A stretch of 40,021 nt of DNA, taken from assembly GCF_001194135.2 (NCBI RefSeq), contig NC_068988.1, forward strand, positions 65,837,493 to 65,877,513, given 5' to 3'. A program made the translations under genes and the position numbers. The notes under the pieces were generated by a model that had not been told where the DNA came from, did not search any database, and saw only the letters and a program-made list of their open reading frames with translations. This document shows positions 36,135 to 40,021 of this stretch, piece after piece (the stretch's first letter is position 1; the number at the start of each line of letters is the position of its first letter). The stretch is from Octopus bimaculoides (taxonomy: Eukaryota).

Positions 36135-36353
36135 GCTGAACCGCTGAGTTACCGGTTGTTAAGCGGTGGGGTGGGGGAAAATACTAACACACACATATCG
36201 GACTTCTTTCAGTTTCCATCTGTAGAATTCAAACATAAGGCTTTGGTCGGCACGAAGCTATAGTACAGACGCTTGTCCAATTTTCCAGGCATTGAGACAG
36301 ACCCTGGAACAACGTATCTAGGAAACAAACGTCTCACTACGCAACCTCACCTG
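36135..36353 (-). mobile_element. Degenerate SINE family 3 copy
   Basis: cttctttcagtttccatct...aaggctttggtcggcacgaagctatagta matches 33745-33810. Confidence 0.75.
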
Positions 36354-36888
36354 AAGTTTATGAAATAAAAAAAAGAAAAGAGAAATGAAAAAGGTAAGGT
36401 ATGTAAATCAAATAAAATCAATACATTAACTTTTTTCAAAAATAGAGAAAACAGATTGTGAGGTGGAGCATGTCTTTAAAGTCAGTTGATGAAGGTGATA
36501 GACATATTACAGTTTTATTAGCTCTTCTCCGCAAAACATATTATGTTAGAACGACTTAGAGTAAGCAATATATAGTAATAGAGGGGAATAATATTATTCA
36601 GAGTCAGCTTTTATGATTATCAAAATGATTCTAGAGAAATTGATCAATGGGAAAACATTTTGCATAATACAAATACGATAGAACTTCTATGTGAATTGCA
36701 GTGGGATATAAAATACTTTTATCAACCGGGATCACCCAAGAAATTAGTAGACAAAGTTGCCTCAGGGAGAGTTAAAAATTATACAAGAATGTGAGGTAAA
36801 TACAATAGGTTATGTTAAATGAAACTTTTAGAGAATATTAGCGATAGAAACGGGAGTAGATTAGGTATATAAGGCCAACTAATGAAAG

Positions 36889-36930
36889 CAAGAGACAGCT
36901 TTCAGTATAATGAGACTTCATCAGCCGATC
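36889..36930 (-). ncRNA. Possible hammerhead relic
   Basis: CUGAUGA-AGU(CUCAUUAU)ACU-GAA-AGCUGU-C. The core is intact and stem II is 3 bp. Helix III looks like ACAGCUGU minus 2 nt, and stem I is poor. Confidence 0.4.
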
Positions 36931-37671
36931 ATATTCTACGAAATGTCACATAGTAACAATACAGTGTAAAACCTTATATTTATCTTATGTTATAATCTTA
37001 AATCTGCTTTGTATACTGGACTATTTTTCCTATGTATGTATGTATGTATGTATGTATGCATCTGTCTATCTATCTTATCTATCACACACACACACACTCT
37101 CTCTATCTTCTACTCTCTTTCTTTCTTTCTGTCTAGCCTCGTATCGATCCATGTACACAGACGCACACACACACACACACAAACAAACACACGCTCACAA
37201 ACATGCACCCACACCCACACATACACATATATATTATATTCCCACTACCATCACCATTGTCATCATCACTAACAAATACAATCAATGCAACACCACTGCC
37301 AATCCAACAACTTTTGAATAATCAACTGACAATAATGACTTTGTCAACATGATAGCAATACCTGTAGCTATGGATAGCTTATGTCAGCACAACGATTTGT
37401 GAGGGGAGTGTGGAATTTTTATGGTTCGTGGCAGAGAAGCAAGAGGGGAAGTTCCCATGTAGCAGGTGACCCTTCAGCTAACTGCAACTGACAGTGCCAA
37501 CTCACTCCTTCACCTTTTCATCTTTTCATTCCCATTCATACACAAAGAGGATTAAATTCAACAATGTTTTGCTCTCACGAAGTAGTCCTTTCCTGATGCT
37601 ACTTTTTGCGCAATATCTTTTGTATATAATTAATGATGCAGGCGCTTTTGGATATACCTCCAATGGAATAG

Positions 37672-38300
37672 TCTGGAAACAGGCCGTCCAGTAGAATTGA
37701 AGACAGTAATGAGGAAACGAATCATAAAAGGATTATACCTGATATTAGAATTGATGTTATAAAATGGCTTGATGCCTCGGAAAAAAAAAATAGTTCATCA
37801 CCAAAAGCAATAAAGCTTACACCATCTATATTGAGAACAATACGTGACAATTATGAGAAGATTAAGTCAAGAAGTAAACAAGTTACTCGGTCGAGTGCTT
37901 GGACCTTCTTTTCCCATAGATCCGAAATACTTAAAATGGGACCGCTTTTGAGTGCATGAATCGAAAAATATATGGTCAGATTATATACCTGACTTACGTT
38001 TCCAAAAGCAGAAAATCTTTGTTAGATTCAGAAAGATATTGTGATACTTGCATTTGGTACAGGGTTTAAGGAAGTCATAGAAAATTGTATGACTGAGTTG
38101 CTAGTTCTCCAAAGAGAAACTTTATCCAAGGAGGATCTGATGTTGATAGAAGAGAAATCTGAGAAACAGATATAACAGAGATTCCAACAATTACACTTTA
38201 GTTAAATGCAAAGACGTTTACTAAAGGGTTTGAGAATAATCTGTGAGTTTTTGATGATAATAATCCTAATCGTGAACGCAACCCAGTTACTTCAGTTACT
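37672..38300 (+). mobile_element. Internally deleted Tigger/pogo-family transposase relic
   Basis: The N-terminal CENP-B-type HTH reads KRIIPDIRIDVIKWLDASEKKNSSSPKAIKLTPSILRTIRDNYEKIK...RSEILKMGPLLSA*IE. It is followed almost directly by TIGD1-like C-terminal segments GFKEVIENCMTELLVLQRETLSKEDLMLIE and FDDNNPNRER. No DDE domain is present. Confidence 0.72.
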
Positions 38301-38445
38301 TAATAATCTATACAAATACATGATGCACCATAAACATCAGACAATTTCGAATAAGTTATTCGCACCTCGAATAGCTGGTGATGATGATGAATCATAAGAA
38401 TATAGTGTTATCTTCGTAAATGTCACTCATAACCACTCCTTAGAC

Positions 38446-39159
38446 AATATTTGGTACTTTTTGATTAGCTCACTCCATTAAAAAATTGGGTTGTACCCAC
38501 ACGATTTACGAGAAATATCGGTTCTTTTGGTTATCTCCTTCAACTAAAAGAAAATGTTTTTACCCTCAATAAAACAACAAAAAAATTTTTTTAATTAATA
38601 AGCATACAAAGTGAAAAGATGAAACATCATTTTGAATCTGATAATATTTTTATAACAAAAAGGCGGCGAGCTGGCAAAAACGTTAACCCGCCGGACGAAA
38701 TGCTAAGTGGTATTTCGTCTGTCTTTACGTTCTGAGTTCAAATTCCGCCGAGGTCGACTTTACCTTTCAGCTTTTCGGGGTCGATAAATTAGGTACCAGT
38801 TGCAGACTGGGGTCGATCTAATCAACTGCCTCCCTCCCACCAAAATTTCGGGCCTTGTATCTAGAGTAGAAAAGAATATTTTTATAGCAAATCATCCAAA
38901 ACTGAAAAAATTAATAAACATGAAAGTGAAAAAATTAAGCATCCTACTGAATCTGATAATATTTTTATAACGAATCATATCATGCCTATTGAGGAGGCCA
39001 AACGTCAACAATGTGCTGAAGTATTGAATCAAAAGGATCTAACTCTTTTAATCCAATATTGTCGCTACATTAACTCGATATTTTTAGTGGGGAGATAGCC
39101 CAATTTTTTTAATGGCAATTTTTTAATGGGGGTGAGATAACCAAAAAGTACCCAATATT
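38446..39159. mobile_element. Non-autonomous DNA element with long imperfect terminal inverted repeats (family unassigned)
   Basis: The left arm aatatttggtactttttgattagctcactccattaaaaaattgggttgtacccac matches the reverse complement of 39087-39159, which carries an extra 15-nt internal duplication. Confidence 0.7.
38660..38874 (+). mobile_element. SINE family 1 copy with a 17-bp TSD, nested in the TIR element
   Basis: TSD aatatttttata(a/g)caaa at 38643-38659 and 38875-38891. Confidence 0.9.
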
Positions 39160-39554
39160 CATCACGTTTGTTGTAGGTTCATACTCTACTACGATATTAT
39201 AATACATATTTATTCATCAACCTATACTCAGTTCGCATGATTATCTATCGAATTGGTTTTATTAGTTATCTATTTGGCAATATAGCTGCGAGACGTGCGT
39301 AGTCATTTTTATACCATTTACTAGTTATTCTTTTATGTACTTTATTGATTTTTAGAATAAGGTTTTTATGATATTTTTATTTTCTGGAGGGTATGAATTA
39401 TATTCTTCATTATTGAATTGTTTAATAGTGGTTTTTCTCTAAATTATATACATATATTTTATATTGGGAAATTTGATTTAGTTTTACTAAATTGAATTTT
39501 TCCTTGTAAGTTTTGGACTTTATTCCCTAATATCCTTATATATATATATATATA

Positions 39555-40021
39555 CACACAAAATGGGACAAGAACGCAAAACATCCAGACAGTTAAGTGA
39601 TACAAGAAGGAGACAACAAAACATCCACATAGACGATACAAAGAAAACAAGGACGGGTCATTCGGAGTTTTCTTTCGAGTTCCAGATTATCTTTGCGATT
39701 TCAGCTGGTTATACTCGAGATTGCTCCAATCTGGCCAGCCTCAAGGAAACACTAAGCTAAGAGCATTAGATTTCTTGGAAGAAAGCAGCGAATGTATACG
39801 AAAACAAGGACGGAACAAAAAGGAGAACGTTACACAAATACAAATAACAGGACATAACAACAGGTGTCTTTCAACTAAGGACGAATTAAATTAAGCTGGC
39901 GTGTGTGGAAGTAAACCCTTACGGCAGGGATACAAGATTTCACAGGCACAGGGAAGAATATAGATGTTGCACGGACAGCGGCCGAACGAAGAAAGAAAGG
40001 TCGTGCTTGGCCGAACACCGG
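39555..40021. repeat. Probable interspersed repeat starting at a (TA)n tract and running off the window
   Basis: Abrupt composition change after the (TA)n tract and internal repeats (aacatccaga/aacatccaca; aaaacaaggacgg twice). There is no second copy in the window, so the call is tentative. Confidence 0.35.

Overview
AT-rich, microsatellite-dense animal genomic DNA with 11 N-gaps (~3.4 kb in total). The repeat landscape suggests a cephalopod, probably an Octopus scaffold (inference). The only host coding sequence I can support is the first coding exon (1697-2447, +) of a natriuretic-peptide-receptor-type receptor (NPR1/NPR3-like extracellular domain). The remaining ~37.5 kb appears to be its first coding intron. 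That intron holds a decayed Penelope-like RT, a truncated Tc1/mariner, an internally deleted Tigger/pogo, an unassigned TIR element, at least three tRNA-type SINE families and a 27-bp perfect hairpin. The main result of the hunt is a set of hammerhead-ribozyme (HHR) motifs with palindromic helix III, as known for Penelope-like elements and non-LTR retrozymes. They fall into a short-stem-II class and a long-stem-II class. The best are at 31849-31978, 24341-24396, 19153-19274 and 5495-5584, with weaker relics elsewhere. Two sit inside the same 'direct repeat + inverted repeat' architecture. One ~0.8-kb HHR element is present twice, and the homology between the copies ends exactly at the predicted self-cleavage site. 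All pairings were derived by eye; no searches or folding programs were run.
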